Shown here piece after piece: positions 38,441 to 47,124 of a stretch of 64,000 nt of DNA. The notes beneath the pieces are model-generated. The model was given only the letters and a program-made list of their open reading frames with translations. It had not been told where the DNA came from and made no database searches. The DNA comes from Myxococcota bacterium (lineage in GTDB: Bacteria > Myxococcota_A > UBA796 > SXON01). Both the position numbers and the translations under genes were made by a program. Positions within the stretch are counted from its first letter, which is position 1. Each line of letters starts with the position of its first letter. The stretch spans positions 190,298 to 254,297 of the forward strand of contig JAZKFH010000005.1 of assembly GCA_040386535.1 (NCBI GenBank), read 5' to 3'.

Positions 38441-39468
38441 CCGATCACCCCGTCGATTGGGAGGACGCTGTAGAGCTTGCTGTGCCGCTCCGAATCGGTG
38501 AGCGCCACGCGGGCGAGGAGCCGACCATCCGCCCGATCGAGCAGCAGCACGCTCGTCTCGCTCCCTTCCGGGTCGCGTTCGGCCCAGCGATGGCGCGGCA
38601 GCCGCCCTCGCCGGACCTCGGTCAGCCCGACGAGGAGATGTTGATCGCTGATCGCGAGGCCGCGGCACCAGCCGTAGTGGCCCGTGTCGAACGCCTCGAA
38701 CCGTCGCCGTTCGCCGAGCGTCGCCGCATCGAGCTCGATGACGGCGCCGTCGATGGCCGTGAGCCAGAGCGAGTCGCCATGCACGTCTCCATCGTGGAGG
38801 AAGGCCCCGGGAAGTCGGGCGGCGATCTCGAAGGTCCGAAGGTCCCGCAGGGTGCCGTCGGCGAAGCACGTGGCGAGCAGGCGGTCGCCCACGAAGGCCA
38901 CGTGGTTGACGTGCAGAGGGTCGGGCACCTTGAGCTGGTGGAAGGGGCCCGACCGCCGATTCGACGTGTGGTAGCCGTCGTCCGGCGGGTCATCGGGCCA
39001 GGCGGCGGGGGGCGCGCCCGCCCAGCCCGGACGCCACGGCGACGACTCCGGCGGAAGGTCCTCGCCGCCGATCCGGCGGGCGTTGGCCCAAGCAGGAAGC
39101 ACTGCATGGCTGCCGTGGAAGGTCCCGTCGAGCCCGAGCACGTCCACGGCCCCGAGGCCCGTGTTCGAGGCGTAGAGGCGGTCACCTCGAACGGCGACGT
39201 GGTGCAGGTCGTTCATGCAGGGCTGGTGGAGCATCCCGGTGACAGACGCGCGCCGAGGGTCGATCCGGACAACGGCCGCGTGCGCCGCGACGTAGAGCAT
39301 CCCGTCGGAAGCGAAGCTTCCGCCCGCGAGGCCCCTGGTCGCGACGTGCAGGTGGGGCGGCGGGGACCACCGCACGAGGACCTCCGCTCGCTCGGCGGCA
39401 AGGTCCACGAGCCAGACCACGCCGTCCCCACCCTCGTCGTAGTAGCCGCCGGTCACAAGCACCTTCAC
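38437..39468 (-). CDS. His-rich beta-propeller protein of unknown function
   Basis: Repeated blade-like strands with DLHHV, LHVNHV, LHDG and GWCRGLA; coupled by GTGA and ATGA overlaps. Confidence 0.65.
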   Translation of the reverse strand: MKVLVTGGYYDEGGDGVVWLVDLAAERAEVLVRWSPPPHLHVATRGLAGGSFASDGMLYVAAHAAVVRIDPRRASVTGMLHQPCMNDLHHVAVRGDRLYASNTGLGAVDVLGLDGTFHGSHAVLPAWANARRIGGEDLPPESSPWRPGWAGAPPAAWPDDPPDDGYHTSNRRSGPFHQLKVPDPLHVNHVAFVGDRLLATCFADGTLRDLRTFEIAARLPGAFLHDGDVHGDSLWLTAIDGAVIELDAATLGERRRFEAFDTGHYGWCRGLAISDQHLLVGLTEVRRGRLPRHRWAERDPEGSETSVLLLDRADGRLLARVALTDSERHSKLYSVLPIDGVIG

Positions 39469-41774
39469 CACGCACCTCGCCACGCGCGGACCGCGTCGGG
39501 CAGGCGGGAGAGGAACGCCTCGAGCTCGTCCGCATCGCCGGGGATCGGGGCGCCCGCCGCCGCAAGGCGGTCCAGCGCCTCCAGTGCGTCGAGTCCGTGG
39601 TCCACCGCCTCGTCGATGCCGGCGTCCCCCCAGGCAGCGAGTCCGAGGAGCGTGTCACGCAGGCCCGCGATGCGCTCCCGAAGCTCCCGTCGCTGGCTCG
39701 CGACCCGCGCCTCCCGCGCCCGAAGCTCGTCCGCAACGGGCCGACCTTCAGAGAGGGCCCTGGCGAGCACCACGCCGCGAACCTGCGCGGTCGTCTCGGC
39801 AGCGCCATCGTGGGCCGCGGTGGCTCTTGTTGCCCGCGGCGCCTGGCCCTCCCGACCATGCAGGAGCGGCAGCGTCGCCTCGACGACCGCCCCCGGCTGC
39901 TCTGAGTGGGCGAGCGTCGCCCAAATCGTGTCGCCCCGCCGCGTCGTCACGCCGTCGGCGCAGGCGAGTACGGGGGTCGGCCAGCGGAAGAGCGCGTCGA
40001 TGTCGAGGAACAGCGTGTTCCCTCCCCGCCGAAGCGAAGGACGCGGCGGCGTGTCTCGGCCGTCCCACGCCAGCGCCCGGGTGAGCTGCTGTCCGTCGAG
40101 GAGCCGGGGCAGATCATCGAGCAGCGCGAGGGCAACGTCTCGTACCGGGCGTTCAACGAGGTTGGGTGCATAGGGCCACACGGCCTCGGCCTTCTCCACT
40201 GGCGCGTCGGTGAGGTCGTAGTAGGCGTCAAAGAGCGGCGGCGGCGCCGGCGGCGGCTCCCAGGCCGCGTCGGGGCCGAGGGTAGCCATCCGCGCGACGT
40301 TCGCCGCGAGGTCGTGAAGCTGCCCCCCGAGGCTGTCGAGCCCCGGCACCGGCGGATCCCCGGTAAAGGTGCCGATGACGACGGCCCGGTGCGGCAGGGT
40401 GGACCAGTACCGGGCCACTCGAAAGAGCAGATGGGTGCGGCGGCGGATCACACCGTCCTCTCCAAGCTGCTGGAATGCGAGATCGTCGTCCACCATCCAC
40501 ACCACCATCGGGTGGCGCGCCGGGTGTGGCAGCCCAGCGACGGGAGCGTCGAGGTGTGCGCGGATCGCCGCGAGCTGAGCCTCACGAGCCGCGCCGATGG
40601 GGACGGGTAGCCGCTCGTCGAGCGCCGGGAGTACACCGACCCGGGCGGCGCGTTCCAGCGCCGGCCGGAGCGAAGCGATGGGGACGCGGTGGACCGGCAG
40701 ATTCGGGCGCTCCTCGACGGTCGCCGTCGCGTCGGGCGGGTGGTTCTCCACGAGCAGGACCCCGACGTGACCCGGGTAGCCGGACGCGCGCACCTCCTCG
40801 GCCAGCGTGTCCAGCAGGCGACGCACGGATGCGCCACGTCCGACCGTTGGGAGGGAGACGAGGACGTCGGGCACCTCCGATCGGGTCGGCGGCTCGACGT
40901 GCGCGCTCTCCTCGATGTGCCCGCGCCCCAGCGCGAGCCAGCGCGGCTCGTCGCCGAACAGCTCCGGCCGGCGGCGCGCAAGCACAGCGATGGCGTCCTC
41001 CACCAGCCTCCGCGGGAGCCCGAACCGCTCGACCAGCAGCGCGCTGACCGCCTCGCGACCGACGACCCGACGGACCGAGCGCCCAAAGGGGGTGTCTCGC
41101 GCGTACTCGCCGTCCCGCAGGGTGAGCACGACGTCGGGCTGGATGCGCACGGCACGCAGGCTCGACAGGAACGGCCCGAACCCGGCCTGGGTGTAGTGGG
41201 CGCGCACCATCGGCGTGAACTCGTCGTACGCGCGGGGGGTCGGATCGAGGATGTAGACGGTCTTGGTGCCCCCGTCGCCGAGGTGGCGCGTCAACGTCGG
41301 GCCGGCGGGGGCGCGCGGGTCGAAGCGGAAGCGCCATCCGTGGAAGGACTGCTCCTGCACGGGGCCATCGAGGTCCCACGGGCGCAGGTAGGGGTGCCCG
41401 TTCCCCACGTCGCACAGGAAGCGGCACCCGTCGGCCTGCGCGAGACAGACGAAGTGATCGCCGGGCTCGCGCACGGTGGCCGCCGCGAGCCGGGCATCGA
41501 AGCCCAGCGACTGGAGCAGCGCGGCGAACGGAGGCGTGGTGCGGTCGCAGTTGCCGCCGACACCGGCGATGGCCTCGTCCACGACTTTCTCCAGCGCCGT
41601 GAGGCCCCACGACCGCCCGTCGTTCGCGAGGAGCAGCAGGTTGTGGAAGGGCACAGCCATGAGGTGTGCCGCCTGCAAGGCGGCGAGCCCCGCGCGGTCG
41701 TGGCGCACCCCGGGAGCGCCGAGGCGGGCCAGATACGCGTCCACCCTGTCGGAGTCGAGCGTCGGAAGCCTCAC
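39465..41774 (-). CDS. Arylamine N-acetyltransferase-like domain fused to a GT-A (GT2-like) glycosyltransferase domain
   Basis: AYLARLG, VPFHNL, GGNC, DHF and DVGNG give a Cys-His-Asp triad. The C-terminal half has VSLPTVGR, LLVEN, IGAAR and VWMVDDD. Confidence 0.75.
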   Translation of the reverse strand: MRLPTLDSDRVDAYLARLGAPGVRHDRAGLAALQAAHLMAVPFHNLLLLANDGRSWGLTALEKVVDEAIAGVGGNCDRTTPPFAALLQSLGFDARLAAATVREPGDHFVCLAQADGCRFLCDVGNGHPYLRPWDLDGPVQEQSFHGWRFRFDPRAPAGPTLTRHLGDGGTKTVYILDPTPRAYDEFTPMVRAHYTQAGFGPFLSSLRAVRIQPDVVLTLRDGEYARDTPFGRSVRRVVGREAVSALLVERFGLPRRLVEDAIAVLARRRPELFGDEPRWLALGRGHIEESAHVEPPTRSEVPDVLVSLPTVGRGASVRRLLDTLAEEVRASGYPGHVGVLLVENHPPDATATVEERPNLPVHRVPIASLRPALERAARVGVLPALDERLPVPIGAAREAQLAAIRAHLDAPVAGLPHPARHPMVVWMVDDDLAFQQLGEDGVIRRRTHLLFRVARYWSTLPHRAVVIGTFTGDPPVPGLDSLGGQLHDLAANVARMATLGPDAAWEPPPAPPPLFDAYYDLTDAPVEKAEAVWPYAPNLVERPVRDVALALLDDLPRLLDGQQLTRALAWDGRDTPPRPSLRRGGNTLFLDIDALFRWPTPVLACADGVTTRRGDTIWATLAHSEQPGAVVEATLPLLHGREGQAPRATRATAAHDGAAETTAQVRGVVLARALSEGRPVADELRAREARVASQRRELRERIAGLRDTLLGLAAWGDAGIDEAVDHGLDALEALDRLAAAGAPIPGDADELEAFLSRLPDAVRAWRGAW

Positions 41775-43078
41775 GAAGTCCCCCGGGCAGCAGCGTCGAC
41801 CCACCGAAAGACGACGTCGAGCTCTGCTGCGTGGAGGGGAAACGTCCACGCCGGGAGCGACTCGTTGAGCCCGTGGATGCGCGCCCCGGAGTCGTTCACA
41901 CCCACGGCGAGGTAGCGTGCCCCCACCGGGAGGCTGTGGTTGAACGGGCAGCCTCCCTCGACCACGTTCTTGTTGAGGCCCCGGCACTCATGGCGGGCGG
42001 CGACGCCCCACCGCGAGGCGAGGCCGCACAGTGCGCGGAGGAGATCCTCGAACGCCGAGTCGGGGGGAAGGCTGGTGTCGCCCGCGCCCATCGTGCGGGC
42101 GAGGAGGCGCAGTGTGCCATCTTCGTGGTCGTGGTAGCCCGTCTCGTCGAGCCAGAGGGTCGGCCAAAGGTGGCGCATGACGCCGGGAAGCAGCGCATGC
42201 GCGACTGGCGATCCGGTCTCCTCCTCGCCCTGGATCAACCAGGTGATCGCAGGGGTGGACGGAAGCGCGGCAAGCGCGGCCAGGCGACACGCGAGCGGCC
42301 CCTTGTTGTCCGCCACACCTCGTGCGAACAGCCTTCCGCCGGCCTCGGTGAGTTCGCGTGGCGGGTGCGCCCACTTCTCCTCGCGACCATAGGGCGTCAC
42401 GTCGTAATGGCCGTACAGCACGACATGTCCGTTCAGCCCGCAAGCCTCACGGTGAGCCACGACGAGGGAACGGCCGTGCTCCTGCCCGATCAGCTCGACG
42501 CGGAAGCCGAGAATCCCCAGGCGGGTCGTGAGCCACTCCACGCACGCATCATGCTCGGTGCCGGTGGGGCTCGTGTCGAAGGCGGTGAGCGTCCGCAGCA
42601 CATCGAGCGTTTCGTCCGTGGGCCTGCTCTCCGACATCGCCACCGGGTCGTCGCCGAGGGCGAGGCCGTAGCGTTCGGTGACCGCCCGGCCGAAGTCGGC
42701 GCACACGAGGTCCCACAAGCCCTTGTTGCTGCCACCGTACACGTCGCGTCCCATGTGGGCGCGGTACGCCTTGCCACTGATGATGGCGACGCGAAAGGCG
42801 ACCTGGACCGCCGCGTGGTCGAGGGCGGGCAGCCCAAGCGTCCCGCGAGCGGCGTCCACTACGTTCCGCACGCCGTCACAGTTGTAGGCGCGGGCGAGCG
42901 CCTGCGTCGGCAACGCGTGGGCGCGGGCGCGCTCCTGGTCGTCGGCCTCCAGCATCGTCCACCACGCCACCTCTTCGCCGGGCTTCATGGGGTGGGTGAG
43001 CGCGTGGGCGACGGCGAGAACGCGGTGCAGCCCGTGCTTGAGGTGCGTCGAGCTCGCGTACATCTGGATGCGGTTCAT
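41771..43078 (-). CDS. M20/M25/M40 metallo-amidohydrolase with an extra N-terminal domain
   Basis: LYGHYDV, RGVADNKG, GEEETGS and IHGLNE metal-ligand motifs; ATG at 43078 overlaps the upstream stop. Confidence 0.85.
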   Translation of the reverse strand: MNRIQMYASSTHLKHGLHRVLAVAHALTHPMKPGEEVAWWTMLEADDQERARAHALPTQALARAYNCDGVRNVVDAARGTLGLPALDHAAVQVAFRVAIISGKAYRAHMGRDVYGGSNKGLWDLVCADFGRAVTERYGLALGDDPVAMSESRPTDETLDVLRTLTAFDTSPTGTEHDACVEWLTTRLGILGFRVELIGQEHGRSLVVAHREACGLNGHVVLYGHYDVTPYGREEKWAHPPRELTEAGGRLFARGVADNKGPLACRLAALAALPSTPAITWLIQGEEETGSPVAHALLPGVMRHLWPTLWLDETGYHDHEDGTLRLLARTMGAGDTSLPPDSAFEDLLRALCGLASRWGVAARHECRGLNKNVVEGGCPFNHSLPVGARYLAVGVNDSGARIHGLNESLPAWTFPLHAAELDVVFRWVDAAARGTS

Positions 43079-43845
43079 GCCGCGCTCCCACGGCCGCCCA
43101 ACGTCGGGAAGGCGTTCTCGTTGAACACGGTGCCCGGTGGTACGGTGACGCGGCTCGACATCGGGTGCCAGCCGGCGCGTTCGGGGTCGAACGTGCAGGT
43201 CGCGTCGAGGTAGATGGTGATGTAGGCGCGCCGCCAGCCCGCCGTGACATTTGGCGGGCTCGAGTGCCACGACAGGCAATGGTGGAAGATCGCCGATCCC
43301 GCTGGCACCGGCACCGCCACCACCTCGGATTCGCGCTCCCCCCACACCTTCTCCTCGTTGAGGAAGTCGATGGAGCGGGTGATCGGCTCCTTGTGGCCGC
43401 CCGGCATGAAGCGCATCGCTCCGGACTCCACGGTCACATCATCCAGGGCGAGCCAGCAAGAGACGGCCCGGGGTTCACCCACAGGCCAGTTGGCGAGGTC
43501 GCGGTGCCAGGGGATGGTGCCGCCGCCCTGCGGAGGCTTCACGATCAGGTGGTCGTGAAACACGCGCACCCGCTCGCATCCGATGAGCTCGGCGGCGATG
43601 GCCGCGGCTCGCTGGTGGTGGAGCTGCGCCCGGAACATCGCGTTGTGCTCCCACACGTTCGTCCACTGGGACACGACGGCGAGGTACTCGTCGAGCGGGG
43701 TGTCGATGTCCTTGGCCCACGCGGCCGTCTGCTCCTCGAAGGCGCGGCGCAGGCGTGCAACTTGGTCCAGGGGGACGAGCGCCCGCACGGGTAGGTGGCC
43801 CTGTTCCTCGAACAGGGCGCGCTGCTGCGGGGTGATCTCAGGCAT
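43075..43845 (-). CDS. PhyH-family Fe(II)/2-oxoglutarate dioxygenase
   Basis: PWHRD, CWLALDD, GAMRFMPGGH, WHSS and RRAY (HxD...H triad plus Arg). Confidence 0.9.
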   Translation of the reverse strand: MPEITPQQRALFEEQGHLPVRALVPLDQVARLRRAFEEQTAAWAKDIDTPLDEYLAVVSQWTNVWEHNAMFRAQLHHQRAAAIAAELIGCERVRVFHDHLIVKPPQGGGTIPWHRDLANWPVGEPRAVSCWLALDDVTVESGAMRFMPGGHKEPITRSIDFLNEEKVWGERESEVVAVPVPAGSAIFHHCLSWHSSPPNVTAGWRRAYITIYLDATCTFDPERAGWHPMSSRVTVPPGTVFNENAFPTLGGRGSAA

Positions 43846-45292
43846 GGGAGAGCTCCGTGACGAGGGCGCCGTCGGGCACGATCTTGCAGAGGGGGTGGTT
43901 CGGCGCGTTCGCGTGGCTCCACCGCGCTCGCGGGGAGAGGAAGATGCAGGACCAGGCTGCGCGTTCCCCAGGCCGGCGCATCGCGGGCGAAGCATGGAAG
44001 GTGACCGGCGTGAACGCCACGGCGTCCCCGGCGGCGTACGTCGGGGCGAGCGCCGGCCAAGCGTCCGGGTCGAAAGCGAGGTCCGCGCCGTGGTCCTGGG
44101 GCGCGCCGTTGTGGAGGTCGACCACCGGCCGCGGGCCGAGCCGATGGCTCCCGACGGCGAAGCGGACCGCGCCGGACAGGCCGTCGGAGGGCTGAAGGGG
44201 CACCCAGAGCACCACGCCGAGCGGGCGATCCACCGGCCAGTACCCGAAGTCCTGATGCCACGGAAACTCCTTCTGGCCCTCGCGCTTCACCAAGAGAAGG
44301 TCCTGGAACAGCACGCCCGGCTCGCCGAGCAGCTCGGCCGCGAGCGGGCGCAGCGCGTCGGTGACGGCCCGGGTCGAGCCGGGCCCAGCGTACAGGAACG
44401 GGCTGAGCCACTGGTCCATGAGCGCCGTGAGAGGCGGCCGATTCCGCGGCGTCGGCCCGTGCGTGTAGAGCACCTGGCGGCTCATCGGGCGATGGTTGGC
44501 GCGGTTGGCGGCGACCGCCTCGCGCAGCGCGGCGAGCACCGGCGGCGCGACCACGTTCTTGAGGACGGCGACGCCCTCGACGGCGATCGCCTCCCGGGCC
44601 TCGAGCGCCGCCGCTGAGCCGGGATTCCCCAACGAAAGGGCAGGTGACGGTCCCATCACGGATCCTCGGTGCGGTGGAAGGAAGCCCCCCTCGCGGAGGA
44701 GAGCGAGCGTGGTTGCGAGCGCGAGGGCGGGGGACTGGCCCGACACGTCGAGAAGTAGCTGTCCACCAAAGGCCGCACCGCGATCCGCGCGCGTGAGCTC
44801 CGCGTGGACCAACTGCGCGAACCCCGGGGCCATCGTCTCGCGATCGACCGCGGTCGGCCCGCGGACTTCGAGACGCAGCCGGCGCTCCGGCTCATCGAGC
44901 GACACGAGAACCGACACGTCCGGCGAGGGAACTGCCCGTTCGACTGCGTCCAGATCCAGGGTGACCCCGCGGGCGCGGGCGTAGGCCACCGACGACAGCC
45001 AGTATCGGTCGATGATGACGTGCCGGCCCGCAGCGGTGAGCTCCCGCGCCTTCACTCCGAGCGCGCGGGCGCACGCCGCGTGGAACAGGCAGCGGGAAGT
45101 CGGGTCGTCGCCGAGCCCCGCGAACACGCTGTGCGCCACGGAGCGGGGGAGGCCCGGCATGGCGAGGGCCTCGGCCGACAACTCGGCCGTGAGCGCCGCG
45201 GCCAGCGTCGACTTCCCGACACCGTCCAGACCCTCCAGCGCGATCAGGAGCCCGGCGGGGCCGGAATTCGGTTCCGTGGGACACGGATTCAA
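43838..45292 (-). CDS. CMPK2/thymidylate-kinase-like nucleotide kinase fused in frame to a PhyH dioxygenase
   Basis: Kinase motifs EGLDGVGKST, IDRYWLSS and PD..V.V...ERRLRL..RG, followed by dioxygenase motifs PWHQD, LWVPL, GSH and FHAS. Possible internal ATG at 44656. Confidence 0.85.
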   Translation of the reverse strand: MNPCPTEPNSGPAGLLIALEGLDGVGKSTLAAALTAELSAEALAMPGLPRSVAHSVFAGLGDDPTSRCLFHAACARALGVKARELTAAGRHVIIDRYWLSSVAYARARGVTLDLDAVERAVPSPDVSVLVSLDEPERRLRLEVRGPTAVDRETMAPGFAQLVHAELTRADRGAAFGGQLLLDVSGQSPALALATTLALLREGGFLPPHRGSVMGPSPALSLGNPGSAAALEAREAIAVEGVAVLKNVVAPPVLAALREAVAANRANHRPMSRQVLYTHGPTPRNRPPLTALMDQWLSPFLYAGPGSTRAVTDALRPLAAELLGEPGVLFQDLLLVKREGQKEFPWHQDFGYWPVDRPLGVVLWVPLQPSDGLSGAVRFAVGSHRLGPRPVVDLHNGAPQDHGADLAFDPDAWPALAPTYAAGDAVAFTPVTFHASPAMRRPGERAAWSCIFLSPRARWSHANAPNHPLCKIVPDGALVTELSHA

Positions 45293-45603
45293 CGACGGCT
45301 CGCGGCGATGCGGCGATGCGGAGCGCAGCGGCCGTGCGCCCGCAGCCGCTCGCGGTCGGGGCTCCGAACCACCGTCACGACGGTGCCGTCCCGGGCGATG
45401 ACGACCGCGAGGCCGACCGCGCGCTCGGGGATGCCGACCCCTGTGGTTCGGGCGTCACGCGCCTCCCGGCGGCCGAGGTGGTACGCGATGCGTCCGCCGC
45501 CTTGGCGGATCTCGTGTCCCCACTGCAGGGCGAGCTCGATATGATCGATGGGCACGCTGCGCTGAGCGCTGCGGCGGTTGGCGTGATTACTCCAGCTTTC
45601 CAT
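45289..45603 (-). CDS. DUF4258-like small basic protein
   Basis: SNHANRRSAQRSV...IELALQWG...VVIARDGTVVTV; RBS GGAGG; first gene of the operon. Confidence 0.7.
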   Translation of the reverse strand: MESWSNHANRRSAQRSVPIDHIELALQWGHEIRQGGGRIAYHLGRREARDARTTGVGIPERAVGLAVVIARDGTVVTVVRSPDRERLRAHGRCAPHRRIAASRR

Positions 45604-45629
45604 CTGAACCTCCGTCTCCCGAGCAACAA

Positions 45630-45646
45630 TGCACTCCGCATGCCGG
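45630..45646 (-). promoter_or_regulatory. Sigma-54 (-24/-12) promoter of the 13-gene operon
   Basis: Minus strand reads CCGGCATGCGGAGTGCA, with GG-N10-GC spacing as in YTGGCACG-N4-TTGCW, 26 nt upstream of the ATG at 45603. Confidence 0.65.
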
Positions 45647-45749
45647 TCCGTTTACCAAGGTTTGCAGGTCGTCGAGTCTCACTATTGATGCAAGTTGAGC
45701 GCTTTTCCGAGATGACGCGCGGTCGGGACGACCGTGAGGCCACTCGCTG

Positions 45750-46316
45750 ATGTCAGACGCGCGAGCCGGCTGCCTGCGGACACCCGAACTGCTGCCGGCG
45801 TGTCCTGGCGGGCCGGTGCTCGTGTATGCGCTGTCGGGGCTCGGCAAGAGCACGCTCGCCACGTCGCATCCTGCGGACGTGCGAGACGCCGACGAGCTCC
45901 TCTACGCCGCCGTCGCGATGGGCTTCCCCGACCTCGACCCACGCGCCCGGCTACGTGCATGGCGGGACCTTTGCCGGCAACGCCCCTGGGCGGAGGGGGG
46001 CGAGGGCCTGCACCTTTGGGCGGCGGTGCGCCGCGCGTTCGTCAAGCCCTTCGTCGAGGCGATGCGCGAAGGTCGCCACCGCCTCGTGGTCACCAGCTTG
46101 CTCGAACCACCTTGGGTCGTGAGCGCCTACTACGGGATCGAGCACGGGGGCTACCTCACACATCTTCGGGCTGCGGGCCGGGACGCAGACAACCGGCAGT
46201 CCGAGGCGATGAACTACCAGCTGGAGGGGTACGCGCCTCTGGTCCGGCTCTCGCCGGGGAGTTTTCTCGGGGACCGGGAGGAGATCAGGAGGCTGCTGAG
46301 CGACGGCCGGTCGTAG
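45750..46316 (+). CDS. Hypothetical P-loop (kinase-like) protein
   Basis: VLVYALSGLGKSTLA followed by DADE; divergent from the operon. Confidence 0.6.
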   Translation: MSDARAGCLRTPELLPACPGGPVLVYALSGLGKSTLATSHPADVRDADELLYAAVAMGFPDLDPRARLRAWRDLCRQRPWAEGGEGLHLWAAVRRAFVKPFVEAMREGRHRLVVTSLLEPPWVVSAYYGIEHGGYLTHLRAAGRDADNRQSEAMNYQLEGYAPLVRLSPGSFLGDREEIRRLLSDGRS

Positions 46317-46587
46317 GGTCGGTTTGAAAAATGGTCCCGATGCGCCGCTTACGCGAGGCACCGGGCCCGACCCACCCCTGTCCCGTATGTGAGCGGCGTC
46401 GAGGCTCGTCACCTCGGGCTCCGCTCCCAAGAATACTGCCGGCGAACCAGCAGGAGCCGCTCGCGTCTCCGGCGCGCACCTGACGGTGGGCGACGGGGAG
46501 GCGGCCCTCCGAGGAGAGCACGGCAAGCGCCTTGATGGGGCGCGAGTAAACCAAGCTTTGTGGCTTTGGTTTGCTTTTGTGGGTTGT

Positions 46588-47124
46588 TCAGAAAGAAGGA
46601 AGGAAGACCACGCCCAGAACGTCGTACCCGTGCTCGACCAGGGCCTTCCGAAGGGTGAACGGTACCACGGCGCGGTCGTGGGGGCCTGCGGCGGGCAGAC
46701 GCTGTTCGATCTCGGCGATCAACTGCGCGACGTCGAAGGGCCCCGTGATCGTCGAGAGCCAGCGGGCGGCGTCTTCCTCGGCGATGACGTGAACGTCGGC
46801 ATTCCGCGCCTGTTCGCGCCAGGCTTCGAGGTCGAGCCCAGTGAGGTCCCGCAGATTCTGTTCCACCAGCCGGAAGGCGGCATCACCCACGGCGTGTACG
46901 AGCCATCGCCGCACCGGTTCGAGCACAACCTCCTTTCGCTCGCCGTGGCGCCCCTCCCGCCGCGTGACCTCCTTGGGCGTGCCGAGCACGTGGCGCCACA
47001 CCACGGCACCTTCGACCCGCACACAGTGCAGGGCAGAATCGGCAAAGGTCTCCCGCTCGGCCTCGACGATCCTGCCAACCCCACGGAACCGGACGGTCTC
47101 CGGACGGTAGCCCGCTTCAGTCAA
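46588..47124 (-). CDS. Hypothetical protein
   Basis: 178-aa ORF followed by an AT-rich hairpin-like tract near 46548-46578. Confidence 0.45.
   Translation of the reverse strand: MTEAGYRPETVRFRGVGRIVEAERETFADSALHCVRVEGAVVWRHVLGTPKEVTRREGRHGERKEVVLEPVRRWLVHAVGDAAFRLVEQNLRDLTGLDLEAWREQARNADVHVIAEEDAARWLSTITGPFDVAQLIAEIEQRLPAAGPHDRAVVPFTLRKALVEHGYDVLGVVFLPSF

Noticed and set aside
43838..45603. Prokaryotic viperin system
   Set aside because: The kinase is CMPK2-like, but no radical-SAM CxxxCxxC protein was found in the island.
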